Positions 31,628-42,815 of a DNA stretch of 43,922 bases are shown here, in pieces. How positions within the stretch are numbered: the first letter of the stretch is position 1; every line of letters starts with the position of its first letter. The translations under genes and the position numbers were made by a program. This DNA comes from Leidyana gryllorum EB-2025a (Eukaryota > Protista > Apicomplexa): NCBI GenBank assembly GCA_048772705.1, contig JBLWGC010000055.1, forward strand, positions 1 through 43,922, written 5' to 3'. The notes beneath the pieces are model-generated. The model worked only from the letters and a program-made list of their open reading frames with translations. It was not told where the DNA came from and searched no databases.

Positions 31628-34600
31628 AAGGCAAGGAGCCAACCCTCACGACACAATGGGTAATAAGCAGGCCCGACAAGGCGACGGGCGCGATTAAGGC
31701 TCGCATATTAGTGGACACGGGCGCGTCGATAGCGTGCATTCATACCAAGACGGCTAACAAATTGGCGCTACAACTCCACCAACACAGCATCTCGATAGCC
31801 TCGGCCCACGGCACTCAAGACCACGCGGCAACAAACATTCTCGTCCAAACCAACGAAGGGCAGGAAATTATACTTAGAGCAGCAGTATTCAACCAGCTGC
31901 CCTACGACGCCATTCTTCCGACCCACGCCATAGCCAAGCTGAGATTGCGGATCGGAACACGAGATGGACGCAAACTAGAGATAGTGGAGAAAGCCCCAAT
32001 CACACCAGTCGCCGGGCCTCTCGCGGGAAATCAAAAAGCGGCGAACAGCAGCGACAAAATACACAGAGTGTTCTTAACCGACACCCCACTGCCACTCTAC
32101 ACCGAATTAGATGTACCAGCCAGCGAAGCTAACTTACTGCAGCACTTCATGGATATCATGCCCGACAATCTCCCCACGCCGCCAGAACGACCCGGCATTG
32201 ACCACCAGATCCAACTCCGCGAACCGCAGACGACTCCATTCGTCAGCCGCCCCTATAGAATACCTCAGCAATATGTACAGGAAATGCATAGACAGATCAT
32301 AGAACTCACCCGATCAGGAAAGATAACCCTGAGCAAGTCGAGCTGGGCATCTCCAGCTATGTTCGTCCCCAAAAAGGAGACGACAACCCCCCGTCTTGTA
32401 TGTGACTACAGGCGCTTGAACCAAGCGACAGTACGAACAGCATCGCCTTTGCCTTCGATCGAAGACGCCACACAGATGATGGCCAGCGCTCGCTGGTTCT
32501 CCACCCTCGATTTGAAATCGGGGTACTACCAAGTTCGTGTCTCACCGGAATCGCGACACTTAACAGCCTTCATCACACCATGGGGGCTTTACGAATGGGC
32601 TGTGATGCCAAACGGCCTCACCAATGCCCCCGCGACGTTCATGCAACTCATGAACACGATATTTCAAGACCTGATAGGAGTCTGTGTGTTCGCCTACTTA
32701 GACGATGTTCTAATATACTCACCGGATCTGGCCCAACACCGAAAGGACTTACGCATGGTTCTCGAACGGCTGCGCGAGCACCAACTGGTCGTTCATAAAC
32801 GAAAATCTCATTTTTTCAAGCAGGCGATAGATTATGTGGGCCACAGATTCGAGGCCGGAGGGATACGACCCTTACGAAACAAAGTGGAGGCACTCGACCA
32901 GCTAACTTACCCCACAACTCTTCGAGAACTGCAACAAGTTCTAGGGGTACTCAACTACTACCGCCGATTTGTCAGCCAGTTCGCGGAAAAGGCGAACCCA
33001 CTCTACAAGCTCGGGCACAATCTCAAACGACCAGGGGATCGGATCGCAGATACGCAGAGCGCGCGACAGGCCTTGGAGGGACTGAAGAATGAACTGCGAT
33101 CAGTGCCAAGACTGGAATTCCCGAATCCCTCAAACCGAGAAGTCACAATCACCACCGACGCCAGCCTCATCGCGGTGGGGGCGATGCTTGAACAGACGAA
33201 CGACGAGAGAACGCTACCAATAGAGTACATGTCAGCTACTCTAACACCCACACAAAGCCGATATCCTACACACGACAGAGAACTATTCGCCATAGTCGCC
33301 GCCTGCCGACACTGGCGGCATCTACTGATAGGACGCCGGGTGACTATCAAGACGGATCATAAACCACTTGTCCATCTCCTGCAACAGCCGCACCTCTCCG
33401 ACCGCCAAGTCCGATGGCTGGTCACGCTCACGGAACTAGACATACACATCGAATACATACCAGGAGTTCAGAACGTTATTGCGGACTTACTCAGCCGCCC
33501 TCGCCGCACGGAAGAAGTAGGGATGATAGGAACACGACACTTGGAAAACAATCCCCTCCTGGAAACACCAGGCGATGAGGCGCAGGAGGAGGAATCGCTG
33601 GACCTCGAACAGAAGTTGAAACGGGCATGGCGGGAACGAGTGACCGAGGCAGGTAAGTGCGGATCTGTTCAGTGGGTGGACGGGTTGCCCCTCACTGATG
33701 AAGGAACTATCGAAATTCCCAATGATCCCGACATAATCCGATCGATAATTAAGGAGAACCATGACAGTGCGCTCGCGGGCCACCTAGCGGCGGACAAGAC
33801 AGCAGGCCGGATCAAAGCTCTCTTCTCCTGGCGAGGATTGATGGCGGACGTCACCAACTACTGTCGGAGCTGCCACACTTGTCAACGAGCCAAACGCAGG
33901 AACCACAAGCCGTATGGGCTCCTTCACCCCTTAGGTAACCCGAGCTTACCGTGGGTGGAGATCGGCCTGGATTTTCTGGAGCTCAAGACGGACACGAACA
34001 CAGGGAATGATTATTTAATGGTAGTGGTGGACCGCCTCACGCGACGCGTGCGCCTGGTACCATGTCGAAAGACAATCACCGCTGAAGAAGCAGCGGACCT
34101 ATTCCTTCAACACATTGCTAAGGTCCACGGACTCCCACGGAAGATCGTGTCCGACAGGGACGTACGTTTCACGGCTGCAATTTGGCAAGCCATCATGAAG
34201 ACACTCGGTGTCAACCTCTCCATGTCAACAGCCAGGCACCCCCAAACGAACGGGTTGGTAGAACGGGCCAACCGTTCGATTCTTCAGATCCTGCGATGCA
34301 CCTTGGAAGCCCACGGCGGCAGTTGGATGACTCACATAGTGGCAACAGAGATGGCATATAATGCCGCGATCCAGGCCTCAACCAACGCCACACCGCTAGA
34401 ATTGGACACAGGAAGGGTGACCTTTGTCCCCTCCAACCTACATGACTTAGTCTCGACCACAGGAACGACGGGTCGCACTTACCTTCAGAGACTGCAAGAA
34501 GCTGCCGACAGACTCCGCGACGCTGCCAACAGGCAAACGACCCAAGCGGATCGACACAGAAAGGCAGTGGAACTCCGGGAAGGACAACTAGTACTGCTAG

Positions 34601-35052
34601 ATACTCGCAATCTAGCACATGTCATAAAGTCAAAACTTGCTCCAACGTACTGCGGGCCTTTTCAGGTCCTACAATGCACAGGCAACGACACCTACCTGAT
34701 TGATCTACCCGCCACATGGGGACTATTACCCAAATTTCACATATCACGCTTGGAACCATACATCGAGCGCACTAACCGAACACAGACCCAAACGGAAGCG
34801 ACAGCAGGGACAGCCAACGACAACAACGAGCCTCGACCAAGCGAGACAGAGGCCTATTACATAATGCAGGAGGTCAAAGGTTGGAGAGAGACACCTACGG
34901 GAGTGGAGTATCTGATTAAATGGGCAGGCTATCCGGATGAAACGTGGGAACCAGCGGGCAAAGTACGAGAGGCAGACGCCATGGATTTAGTCGAAGCCTT
35001 CAGAGAAAAATGGAACCGACAGAACCCCAGACAACCCTTCACACGCAACTAA
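31579..35052 (+). CDS. pol: Pol of D1, intact
   Basis: LVDTGAS, YLDD, TDAS, HHCC, SDRD, GPF, chromodomain; slippery site at 31579-31585. Confidence 0.95.
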   Translation, partial: GFSEWPRAKREDPGRLEGKEPTLTTQWVISRPDKATGAIKARILVDTGASIACIHTKTANKLALQLHQHSISIASAHGTQDHAATNILVQTNEGQEIILRAAVFNQLPYDAILPTHAIAKLRLRIGTRDGRKLEIVEKAPITPVAGPLAGNQKAANSSDKIHRVFLTDTPLPLYTELDVPASEANLLQHFMDIMPDNLPTPPERPGIDHQIQLREPQTTPFVSRPYRIPQQYVQEMHRQIIELTRSGKITLSKSSWASPAMFVPKKETTTPRLVCDYRRLNQATVRTASPLPSIEDATQMMASARWFSTLDLKSGYYQVRVSPESRHLTAFITPWGLYEWAVMPNGLTNAPATFMQLMNTIFQDLIGVCVFAYLDDVLIYSPDLAQHRKDLRMVLERLREHQLVVHKRKSHFFKQAIDYVGHRFEAGGIRPLRNKVEALDQLTYPTTLRELQQVLGVLNYYRRFVSQFAEKANPLYKLGHNLKRPGDRIADTQSARQALEGLKNELRSVPRLEFPNPSNREVTITTDASLIAVGAMLEQTNDERTLPIEYMSATLTPTQSRYPTHDRELFAIVAACRHWRHLLIGRRVTIKTDHKPLVHLLQQPHLSDRQVRWLVTLTELDIHIEYIPGVQNVIADLLSRPRRTEEVGMIGTRHLENNPLLETPGDEAQEEESLDLEQKLKRAWRERVTEAGKCGSVQWVDGLPLTDEGTIEIPNDPDIIRSIIKENHDSALAGHLAADKTAGRIKALFSWRGLMADVTNYCRSCHTCQRAKRRNHKPYGLLHPLGNPSLPWVEIGLDFLELKTDTNTGNDYLMVVVDRLTRRVRLVPCRKTITAEEAADLFLQHIAKVHGLPRKIVSDRDVRFTAAIWQAIMKTLGVNLSMSTARHPQTNGLVERANRSILQILRCTLEAHGGSWMTHIVATEMAYNAAIQASTNATPLELDTGRVTFVPSNLHDLVSTTGTTGRTYLQRLQEAADRLRDAANRQTTQADRHRKAVELREGQLVLLDTRNLAHVIKSKLAPTYCGPFQVLQCTGNDTYLIDLPATWGLLPKFHISRLEPYIERTNRTQTQTEATAGTANDNNEPRPSETEAYYIMQEVKGWRETPTGVEYLIKWAGYPDETWEPAGKVREADAMDLVEAFREKWNRQNPRQPFTRN

Positions 35053-35229
35053 AAAGACAGAGGGGGGAGGGGTGTAGGCCGGCAAAGGCTGGAAACGGCT
35101 AATTGGGACTAGACAACTATGAAGGTTTTTCATTGCACGCATACGACACAAACAGAACAGGGGGACAGAGATTCCGAATGGGAGTTAGTCTACGTAGCGG
35201 TACTCGCGCTAACCGGCCGACCGGTTACA

Positions 35230-37161
35230 TTGCTGGTGTGGTCTGCTAAGCAGGTCCGCTAGTACGTTCTGTGTGCCTGGGATGTACTCAATGGAGATGT
35301 CCAGTTCCGTGAGGGTGATCAGCCATCGTATCTGGCGGTCCGAGAGGTGGGCTTGTCGTAGTAGGAACGTAAGGGGCTTATGGTCTGTTTTCACCCGTAC
35401 TTTCCTTCCCAGAAGTAGATGTCGCCAGTGACGACAGGCACTGACAATGGCTAGGAGCTCGCGGTCATGGGTGGCGTAGCGGCTTTGGGCCGGCGTGAGA
35501 GTAAGGGACATGAACTCTATTGGCAGTACTTCGCCGTTGATTGTCTGCTCTAATATTGCTCCTACGGCCGTGAGACTTGCATCCGCCGTAATGGTGAGTT
35601 CCGTGGCGTGTGGGTCGGGATACTGCAATCTGGGGGCTTGCCTAAGGGCTTCTTTGAGGTCCTCGAACGCGGCTCGGGCCGATGGGGTGTCTTCTACTGG
35701 GTCCCCTGGCTTGGATAGTTTGTGTGACAGTTGATACAGTGGGTTAGCTCTAGCCGCGAAGTCCCGTACAAACCGTCGGTAGTAGTTCAGAATACCCATC
35801 ACTCTTTGTAGATCTTTCAATTTCTTTGGGTATACCAATCCCTCTAAGGCGTCGAGTTTGCTCCGGAGGGGTCTAATTCCGCCCGCCTCAAATCTGTGTC
35901 CCACATAATCGATGCTCTGCTTGAAAAAATGGGATTTTCGCTTGTGGATAACTAAGCCGTGTTGTTGAAGTCGTTCCAGTGCGATTCGTAAGTGTATTCG
36001 GTGCTCTTCCCGTGTCTTTGAAAAGATCAGCACGTCGTCCAGGTAGACAAAGGCGAATATGCCGATTATGTCTTGGAACACACTGTTCATGAGTCTCATG
36101 AAGGTGGCGGGGGCATTGGTGAGCCCATTTGGCATCACCTTCCACTCGTATAGCCCCCACGGCGTTGCGAATGCGGTTAGGTATCGTGATTCTGGGGCGA
36201 CTCTGACTTGATAATATCCTGACTTCAGGTCCAAGGAGGAGAACCATTGTGCTCCTGCGAGGCACAGTGTGGCGTCTTCGATGGATGGCAATGGTGAGGC
36301 TGTTCGGACGGTTGCTTGGTTGAGGCGTCTGTAGTCACAGACGAGCCGTGGTGTTGTCGTTTCCTTCTTGGGAACGAACATGGCTGGCGAGGCCCAGCTG
36401 GAGTTGCTGGGCTCGATTTGTCCGGCCTTTGTTAGTTCTGTAATCTGTCGGTGCATCTCTTTTATGTAATGCTGGGGAACCCGGTATGGTCGGCTGACGT
36501 ATGGTACCGTATCTGCTTTGAGTTCGATCTTATGGTCTATTCCCGGCCGCTCGGGAGGGGTTGGCAGCTGGTCCGGCGTTAGCTGTGGAAAGTCGTCGAG
36601 GATGGTCGCCTCATTGGGTGGTATATCGATCTCTCCTGGTTCCATTGGCGCTTCTGGTTCGCCTGTGCGAGCCCCTTTCTCCGTCTCTATTGTCCACACT
36701 TGAAGTGGTATTGGTGTTGTTGCTTCTCCGCCTCTGATGGCCGCATTCTCCACCATCTCGAGATTTTGCCCGTCCGCTGTGCCTATTCTCAGTCTGAGTT
36801 GCGCTATGGATTGGGTGGGTAGTATGACATCGTGTGTCAAGGTACGGAAGACTGCCGCTTCCATATCTAGACGTTGTCCTTGCCTCGTGTGGAGTGTCAG
36901 GTATACCGTTTCATGCCTAAGTGATGCGTGTGCGGATTGGATTGTGGTTTGCCGGCCGGTTGATTCTAGTCGCAGTCGGCTCGCTATTTCTGCTCTCACA
37001 CAGCCTATGGTTGCCCCTGTGTCAATGAGCACTTCGACAGGCAGTCGTCCTGTGCCATCGTCGGTTCGGCTTATCGTCCACGTCGTGGTGAGCAATGGCG
37101 TTTTCAATTGATCGCCTCTTGTTGGGGTGTCGCCAGCTGCCCCGAGGCTGAGGGAAAATCC
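35230..37161 (-). pseudogene. pol: H pol, 5' part (PR, RT, RH)
   Basis: LIDTGAT, YLDD, ADAS, TDHKPL; cut after DLLSRPHQQ by D1. Confidence 0.92.
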
Positions 37162-38124
37162 CGCTCCTCCATCATGAATACGCGTCGGCGGGGTGTTTGC
37201 TGTGTGTAGTTATCCACTCGTCCAAATTTGTTGTTCCTGCGGTCATCCCGCGGGTACCTGCAGCGCCAGGCTGAGTGGTCCTCTGCTCCACAATTGAAAC
37301 AGCGCTTTTCCCGTATACATTGCTCGTACGTATATTTGCATCGTTTCCCCACTCGCCCGGTTCCATTCGTTATACTAAAACAGTGTTGGTTGGTGGGCGC
37401 TGCTCTCTTGACTCTCCCTATGGCTGTTTCGTACTGCAATGCGCGTGTGCATAGCGTGTCGAGATCACATCCCACGAATTGAGCCAGAGCCATGCGGTCT
37501 GCCGCCGGAAGTCCTCGGAAGAACAGGTTTGTTCTGGTGCTGTCGGCTATGCAGTCGGGCACTCCTCTGTTGAGCGCTCGGAACTGATTGACGTATGTGG
37601 CCATAGAGTCCGTTTTCGATAAGGTTGTGAGCCGCACTAAGTCGTCTTCCAGAGTCTCCGCTGTATCGAATTCCTGAATTATCGCTCGGCTGAATTCTTC
37701 CCAGCTCGCCTGTTTGATGGCCGGCCTGCTCAGTAGCCAGCGAGCAGCTGAATGAGTGAGAAGTCCGCATGCGGTATTCACTTTGTATCGGTCTTCTGTA
37801 ACGTCATGTGCCAAGAACTTGGCCGAACAACTGTCTATCCAATCCCGCCCCCCAATCTTGGTTGTCCCGTCGAAGCTATCGTGCTTCCTCAATGCCAGCT
37901 CCGCCCTTCTTTGTTGGTCTGGCGGGTGTGACACCTCACCTCCGTTCGCCTGTGCCGACGTCGCTGTCGTCAGGAAGAGTCTGAGTGTATCCCAGAGGGC
38001 TTGAATGGGGACATTGCCCGTAAGTGCTTCTGTCGGCGGTGTCAAGGTCCCTTGCGGACCTTTCGTTGCTTCCATGCCTGTGCCGCTCGGCATGTCGTTT
38101 GTTTCGTTCGGTGGGGACGCACTG
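37104..38124 (-). pseudogene. gag: Gag of H, separated from its start (42921-42975, MDLRSRR) by D2
   Basis: Removing D2 and one TSD gives MDLRSRRIPPTGAYTGSSASPPNETNDMPSG in frame; knuckle CFNCGAEDHSAWRC. Confidence 0.88.
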
Positions 38125-38301
38125 TGTAACCGGTCGGCCGGTTAGCGCGAGTACCGCTACGTAGACTAACTCCCATTCGGAATCTCTGTCCCCCTGTTCT
38201 GTTTGTGTCGTATGCGTGCAATGAAAAACCTTCATAGTTGTCTAGTCCCAATTAGCCGTTTCCAGCCTTTGCCGGCCTACACCCCTCCCCCCTCTGTCTT
38301 T

Positions 38302-41300
38302 TTAGTTGCGTGTGAAGGGTTGTGTGGGGTTCTGTCGGTTCCATTTTTCTCTGAAGGCTTCGACTAAATCCATGGCGTCTGCCTCTCGTACTTTGCCCGC
38401 TGGTTCCCACGTTTCATCCGGATAGCCTGCCCATTTAATCAGATACTCCACTCCCGTAGGTGTCTCTCTCCAACCTTTGACCTCCTGCATTATGTAATAG
38501 GCCTCTGTCTCGCTTGGTCGAGGCTCGTTGTTGTCGTTGGCTGTCCCTGCTGTCGCTTCCGTTTGGGTCTGTGTTCGGTTAGTGCGCTCGATGTATGGTT
38601 CCAAGCGTGATATGTGAAATTTGGGTAATAGTCCCCATGTGGCGGGTAGATCAATCAGGTAGGTGTCGTTGCCTGTGCATTGTAGGACCTGAAAAGGCCC
38701 GCAGTACGTTGGAGCAAGTTTTGACTTTATGACATGTGCTAGATTGCGAGTATCTAGCAGTACTAGTTGTCCTTCCCGGAGTTCCACTGCCTTTCTGTGT
38801 CGATCCGCTTGGGTCTTTTGCCTGTTGGCAGCGTCGCGGAGTCTGTCGGCAGCTTCTTGCAGTCTCTGAAGGTAAGTGCGACCCGTCGTTCCTGTGGTCG
38901 AGACTAAGTCATGTAGGTTGGAGGGGACAAAGGTCACCCTTCCTGTGTCCAATTCTAGCGGTGTGGCGTTGGTTGAGGCCTGGATCGCGGCATTATATGC
39001 CATCTCTGTTGCCACTATGTGAGTCATCCAACTGCCGCCGTGGGCTTCCAAGGTGCATCGCAGGATCTGAAGAATCGAACGGTTGGCCCGTTCTACCAAC
39101 CCGTTCGTTTGGGGGTGCCTGGCTGTTGACATGGAGAGGTTGACACCGAGTGTCTTCATGATGGCTTGCCAAATTGCAGCCGTGAAACGTACGTCCCTGT
39201 CGGACACGATCTTCCGTGGGAGTCCGTGGACCTTAGCAATGTGTTGAAGGAATAGGTCCGCTGCTTCTTCAGCGGTGATTGTCTTTCGACATGGTACCAG
39301 GCGCACGCGTCGCGTGAGGCGGTCCACCACTACCATTAAATAATCATTCCCTGTGTTCGTGTCCGTCTTGAGCTCCAGAAAATCCAGGCCGATCTCCACC
39401 CACGGTAAGCTCGGGTTACCTAAGGGGTGAAGGAGCCCATACGGCTTGTGGTTCCTGCGTTTGGCTCGTTGACAAGTGTGGCAGCTCCGACAGTAGTTGG
39501 TGACGTCCGCCATCAATCCTCGCCAGGAGAAGAGAGCTTTGATCCGGCCTGCTGTCTTGTCCGCCGCTAGGTGGCCCGCGAGCGCACTGTCATGGTTCTC
39601 CTTAATTATCGATCGGATTATGTCGGGATCATTGGGAATTTCGATAGTTCCTTCATCAGTGAGGGGCAACCCGTCCACCCACTGAACAGATCCGCACTTA
39701 CCTGCCTCGGTCACTCGTTCCCGCCATGCCCGTTTCAACTTCTGTTCGAGGTCCAGCGATTCCTCCTCCTGCGCCTCATCGCCTGGTGTTTCCAGGAGGG
39801 GATTGTTTTCCAAGTGTCGTGTTCCTATCATCCCTACTTCTTCCGTGCGGCGAGGGCGGCTGAGTAAGTCCGCAATAACGTTCTGAACTCCTGGTATGTA
39901 TTCGATGTGTATGTCTAGTTCCGTGAGCGTGACCAGCCATCGGACTTGGCGGTCGGAGAGGTGCGGCTGTTGCAGGAGATGGACAAGTGGTTTATGATCC
40001 GTCTTGATAGTCACCCGGCGTCCTATCAGTAGATGCCGCCAGTGTCGGCAGGCGGCGACTATGGCGAATAGTTCTCTGTCGTGTGTAGGATATCGGCTTT
40101 GTGTGGGTGTTAGAGTAGCTGACATGTACTCTATTGGTAGCGTTCTCTCGTCGTTCGTCTGTTCAAGCATCGCCCCCACCGCGATGAGGCTGGCGTCGGT
40201 GGTGATTGTGACTTCTCGGTTTGAGGGATTCGGGAATTCCAGTCTTGGCACTGATCGCAGTTCATTCTTCAGTCCCTCCAAGGCCTGTCGCGCGCTCTGC
40301 GTATCTGCGATCCGATCCCCTGGTCGTTTGAGATTGTGCCCGAGCTTGTAGAGTGGGTTCGCCTTTTCCGCGAACTGGCTGACAAATCGGCGGTAGTAGT
40401 TGAGTACCCCTAGAACTTGTTGCAGTTCTCGAAGAGTTGTGGGGTAAGTTAGCTGGTCGAGTGCCTCCACTTTGTTTCGTAAGGGTCGTATCCCTCCGGC
40501 CTCGAATCTGTGGCCCACATAATCTATCGCCTGCTTGAAAAAATGAGATTTTCGTTTATGAACGACCAGTTGGTGCTCGCGCAGCCGTTCGAGAACCATG
40601 CGTAAGTCCTTTCGGTGTTGGGCCAGATCCGGTGAGTATATTAGAACATCGTCTAAGTAGGCGAACACACAGACTCCTATCAGGTCTTGAAATATCGTGT
40701 TCATGAGTTGCATGAACGTCGCGGGGGCATTGGTGAGGCCGTTTGGCATCACAGCCCATTCGTAAAGCCCCCATGGTGTGATGAAGGCTGTTAAGTGTCG
40801 CGATTCCGGTGAGACACGAACTTGGTAGTACCCCGATTTCAAATCGAGGGTGGAGAACCAGCGAGCGCTGGCCATCATCTGTGTGGCGTCTTCGATCGAA
40901 GGCAAAGGCGATGCTGTTCGTACTGTCGCTTGGTTCAAGCGCCTGTAGTCACATACAAGACGGGGGGTTGTCGTCTCCTTTTTGGGGACGAACATAGCTG
41001 GAGATGCCCAGCTCGACTTGCTCAGGGTTATCTTTCCTGATCGGGTGAGTTCTATGATCTGTCTATGCATTTCCTGTACATATTGCTGAGGTATTCTATA
41101 GGGGCGGCTGACGAATGGAGTCGTCTGCGGTTCGCGGAGTTGGATCTGGTGGTCAATGCCGGGTCGTTCTGGCGGCGTGGGGAGATTGTCGGGCATGATA
41201 TCCATGAAGTGCTGCAGTAAGTTAGCTTCGCTGGCTGGTACATCTAATTCGGTGTAGAGTGGCAGTGGGGTGTCGGTTAAGAACACTCTGTGTATTTTGT

Positions 41301-41775
41301 CGCTGCTGTTCGCCGCTTTTTGATTTCCCGCGAGAGGCCCGGCGACTGGTGTGATTGGGGCTTTCTCCACTATCTCTAGTTTGCGTCCATCTCGTGTTCC
41401 GATCCGCAATCTCAGCTTGGCTATGGCGTGGGTCGGAAGAATGGCGTCGTAGGGCAGCTGGTTGAATACTGCTGCTCTAAGTATAATTTCCTGCCCTTCG
41501 TTGGTTTGGACGAGAATGTTTGTTGCCGCGTGGTCTTGAGTGCCGTGGGCCGAGGCTATCGAGATGCTGTGTTGGTGGAGTTGTAGCGCCAATTTGTTAG
41601 CCGTCTTGGTATGAATGCACGCTATCGACGCGCCCGTGTCCACTAATATGCGAGCCTTAATCGCGCCCGTCGCCTTGTCGGGCCTGCTTATTACCCATTG
41701 TGTCGTGAGGGTTGGCTCCTTGCCTTCTAGTCGCCCAGGGTCTTCTCGTTTGGCCCTGGGCCACTCTGAAAATCC
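38302..41775 (-). CDS. pol: Pol of D2, intact
   Basis: Differs from D1 Pol at about 2 residues. Confidence 0.95.
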   Translation of the reverse strand, partial: GFSEWPRAKREDPGRLEGKEPTLTTQWVISRPDKATGAIKARILVDTGASIACIHTKTANKLALQLHQHSISIASAHGTQDHAATNILVQTNEGQEIILRAAVFNQLPYDAILPTHAIAKLRLRIGTRDGRKLEIVEKAPITPVAGPLAGNQKAANSSDKIHRVFLTDTPLPLYTELDVPASEANLLQHFMDIMPDNLPTPPERPGIDHQIQLREPQTTPFVSRPYRIPQQYVQEMHRQIIELTRSGKITLSKSSWASPAMFVPKKETTTPRLVCDYRRLNQATVRTASPLPSIEDATQMMASARWFSTLDLKSGYYQVRVSPESRHLTAFITPWGLYEWAVMPNGLTNAPATFMQLMNTIFQDLIGVCVFAYLDDVLIYSPDLAQHRKDLRMVLERLREHQLVVHKRKSHFFKQAIDYVGHRFEAGGIRPLRNKVEALDQLTYPTTLRELQQVLGVLNYYRRFVSQFAEKANPLYKLGHNLKRPGDRIADTQSARQALEGLKNELRSVPRLEFPNPSNREVTITTDASLIAVGAMLEQTNDERTLPIEYMSATLTPTQSRYPTHDRELFAIVAACRHWRHLLIGRRVTIKTDHKPLVHLLQQPHLSDRQVRWLVTLTELDIHIEYIPGVQNVIADLLSRPRRTEEVGMIGTRHLENNPLLETPGDEAQEEESLDLEQKLKRAWRERVTEAGKCGSVQWVDGLPLTDEGTIEIPNDPDIIRSIIKENHDSALAGHLAADKTAGRIKALFSWRGLMADVTNYCRSCHTCQRAKRRNHKPYGLLHPLGNPSLPWVEIGLDFLELKTDTNTGNDYLMVVVDRLTRRVRLVPCRKTITAEEAADLFLQHIAKVHGLPRKIVSDRDVRFTAAIWQAIMKTLGVNLSMSTARHPQTNGLVERANRSILQILRCTLEAHGGSWMTHIVATEMAYNAAIQASTNATPLELDTGRVTFVPSNLHDLVSTTGTTGRTYLQRLQEAADRLRDAANRQKTQADRHRKAVELREGQLVLLDTRNLAHVIKSKLAPTYCGPFQVLQCTGNDTYLIDLPATWGLLPKFHISRLEPYIERTNRTQTQTEATAGTANDNNEPRPSETEAYYIMQEVKGWRETPTGVEYLIKWAGYPDETWEPAGKVREADAMDLVEAFREKWNRQNPTQPFTRN

Positions 41776-42815
41776 TGTTCGTCCAGTGCAAATACTCGCC
41801 GCGCTCCTCCCGTGATATTTCCGGACTCCGTTCTCGCCATCTTGGCTCCGCGTTTGTCGTCTCGTGGGTAGTTGCACCGCCAAGCAGGGTGGTCCGCAGC
41901 CCCGCAGTTGAAACAGCGACGGTCCCGAACGCACTGATCGTATGAGTATTGGCATCTCCTTCCCACACGTCCCGCCGGTCGTGCGAGGGCAAAGCATTGT
42001 TCTGGGGGCATTCTTTTGACCTGGCCCACCGCGGTGGCGTACTGCAGGGCTCGTTGGCAGATAGTGTCGATGTCGGCGCCGATGTACTGGGCCAGTGCCA
42101 TTTTGTCACTCGTCGGAAGCCCACGGAAGAATAGGTTTGTCCTGGTACTCTGCGGAATTTCGGTTGGAATGCCTCTGTTGAGTGTTCGGAAGGTAGAGAC
42201 GTATGATTCCATGCTGTGGGTCTTTGTGAGGTTTGTCAGCCGTGCCAGATCATCTTCGATTGTGTGGATTGTGTCAAACTCTTGAATGAGTTGGCGGGTG
42301 AAGTCGCTCCACGTCGCGTTGACCAGGTTGGGTTTGGCCAGCAGCCATCTTGCCGCGGAATCGGTGAGTAGTCCGCAGGCGGCACGAACCTTTGATTGGT
42401 CATCCGCCACGTCGTGCGCTAGGAACTTCGCGGCGCAGCTATCTATCCAGTCTCGTCCTCGGGAGCCGGGCGTCCCACTGAAGGGATGATGTTTCTTGAG
42501 AGCTTGCTGAGCTCTCTGCTGTTTGTGATCGTCGCCGTAGTCCTGTCGGTCGGTATTGGTGGGTGCGGATTGCGGCGGTGGCTGGATTATCTGGCTAAGC
42601 ATTCTGAGAAGCGACTGTAGGTCTGCCTGTCGTACTGCCTCCGTTGGTGGTGTCAGGGTCCCGTGCGGCCCCTTCGTGTTCGCGTTGTCTATGCTGGTGT
42701 CGTTCAGCATATCGTTCTCTCGTGAGGTGGCGTGGTGATTAGTAGGGGACGCACTGCTACCAGTGTAACCGGTCGGCCGGTTAGCGCGAGTACCGCTACG
42801 TAGACTAACTCCCAT
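41727..42815 (-). CDS. gag: Gag of D2 (MGVSLRSG start in the LTR), intact
   Basis: Uninterrupted ORF; knuckle CFNCGAADHPAWRC. Confidence 0.92.
   Translation of the reverse strand: MGVSLRSGTRANRPTGYTGSSASPTNHHATSRENDMLNDTSIDNANTKGPHGTLTPPTEAVRQADLQSLLRMLSQIIQPPPQSAPTNTDRQDYGDDHKQQRAQQALKKHHPFSGTPGSRGRDWIDSCAAKFLAHDVADDQSKVRAACGLLTDSAARWLLAKPNLVNATWSDFTRQLIQEFDTIHTIEDDLARLTNLTKTHSMESYVSTFRTLNRGIPTEIPQSTRTNLFFRGLPTSDKMALAQYIGADIDTICQRALQYATAVGQVKRMPPEQCFALARPAGRVGRRCQYSYDQCVRDRRCFNCGAADHPAWRCNYPRDDKRGAKMARTESGNITGGARRVFALDEQDFQSGPGPNEKTLGD

Larger units (their letters stand above)
30432..35229 (+). mobile_element. Chromovirus D1 (4798 bp)
   Basis: 157-bp LTRs at 30432-30588 and 35073-35229; TSD TTGCT; PBS 30590-30603; PPT 35059-35072. 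Confidence 0.97.
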
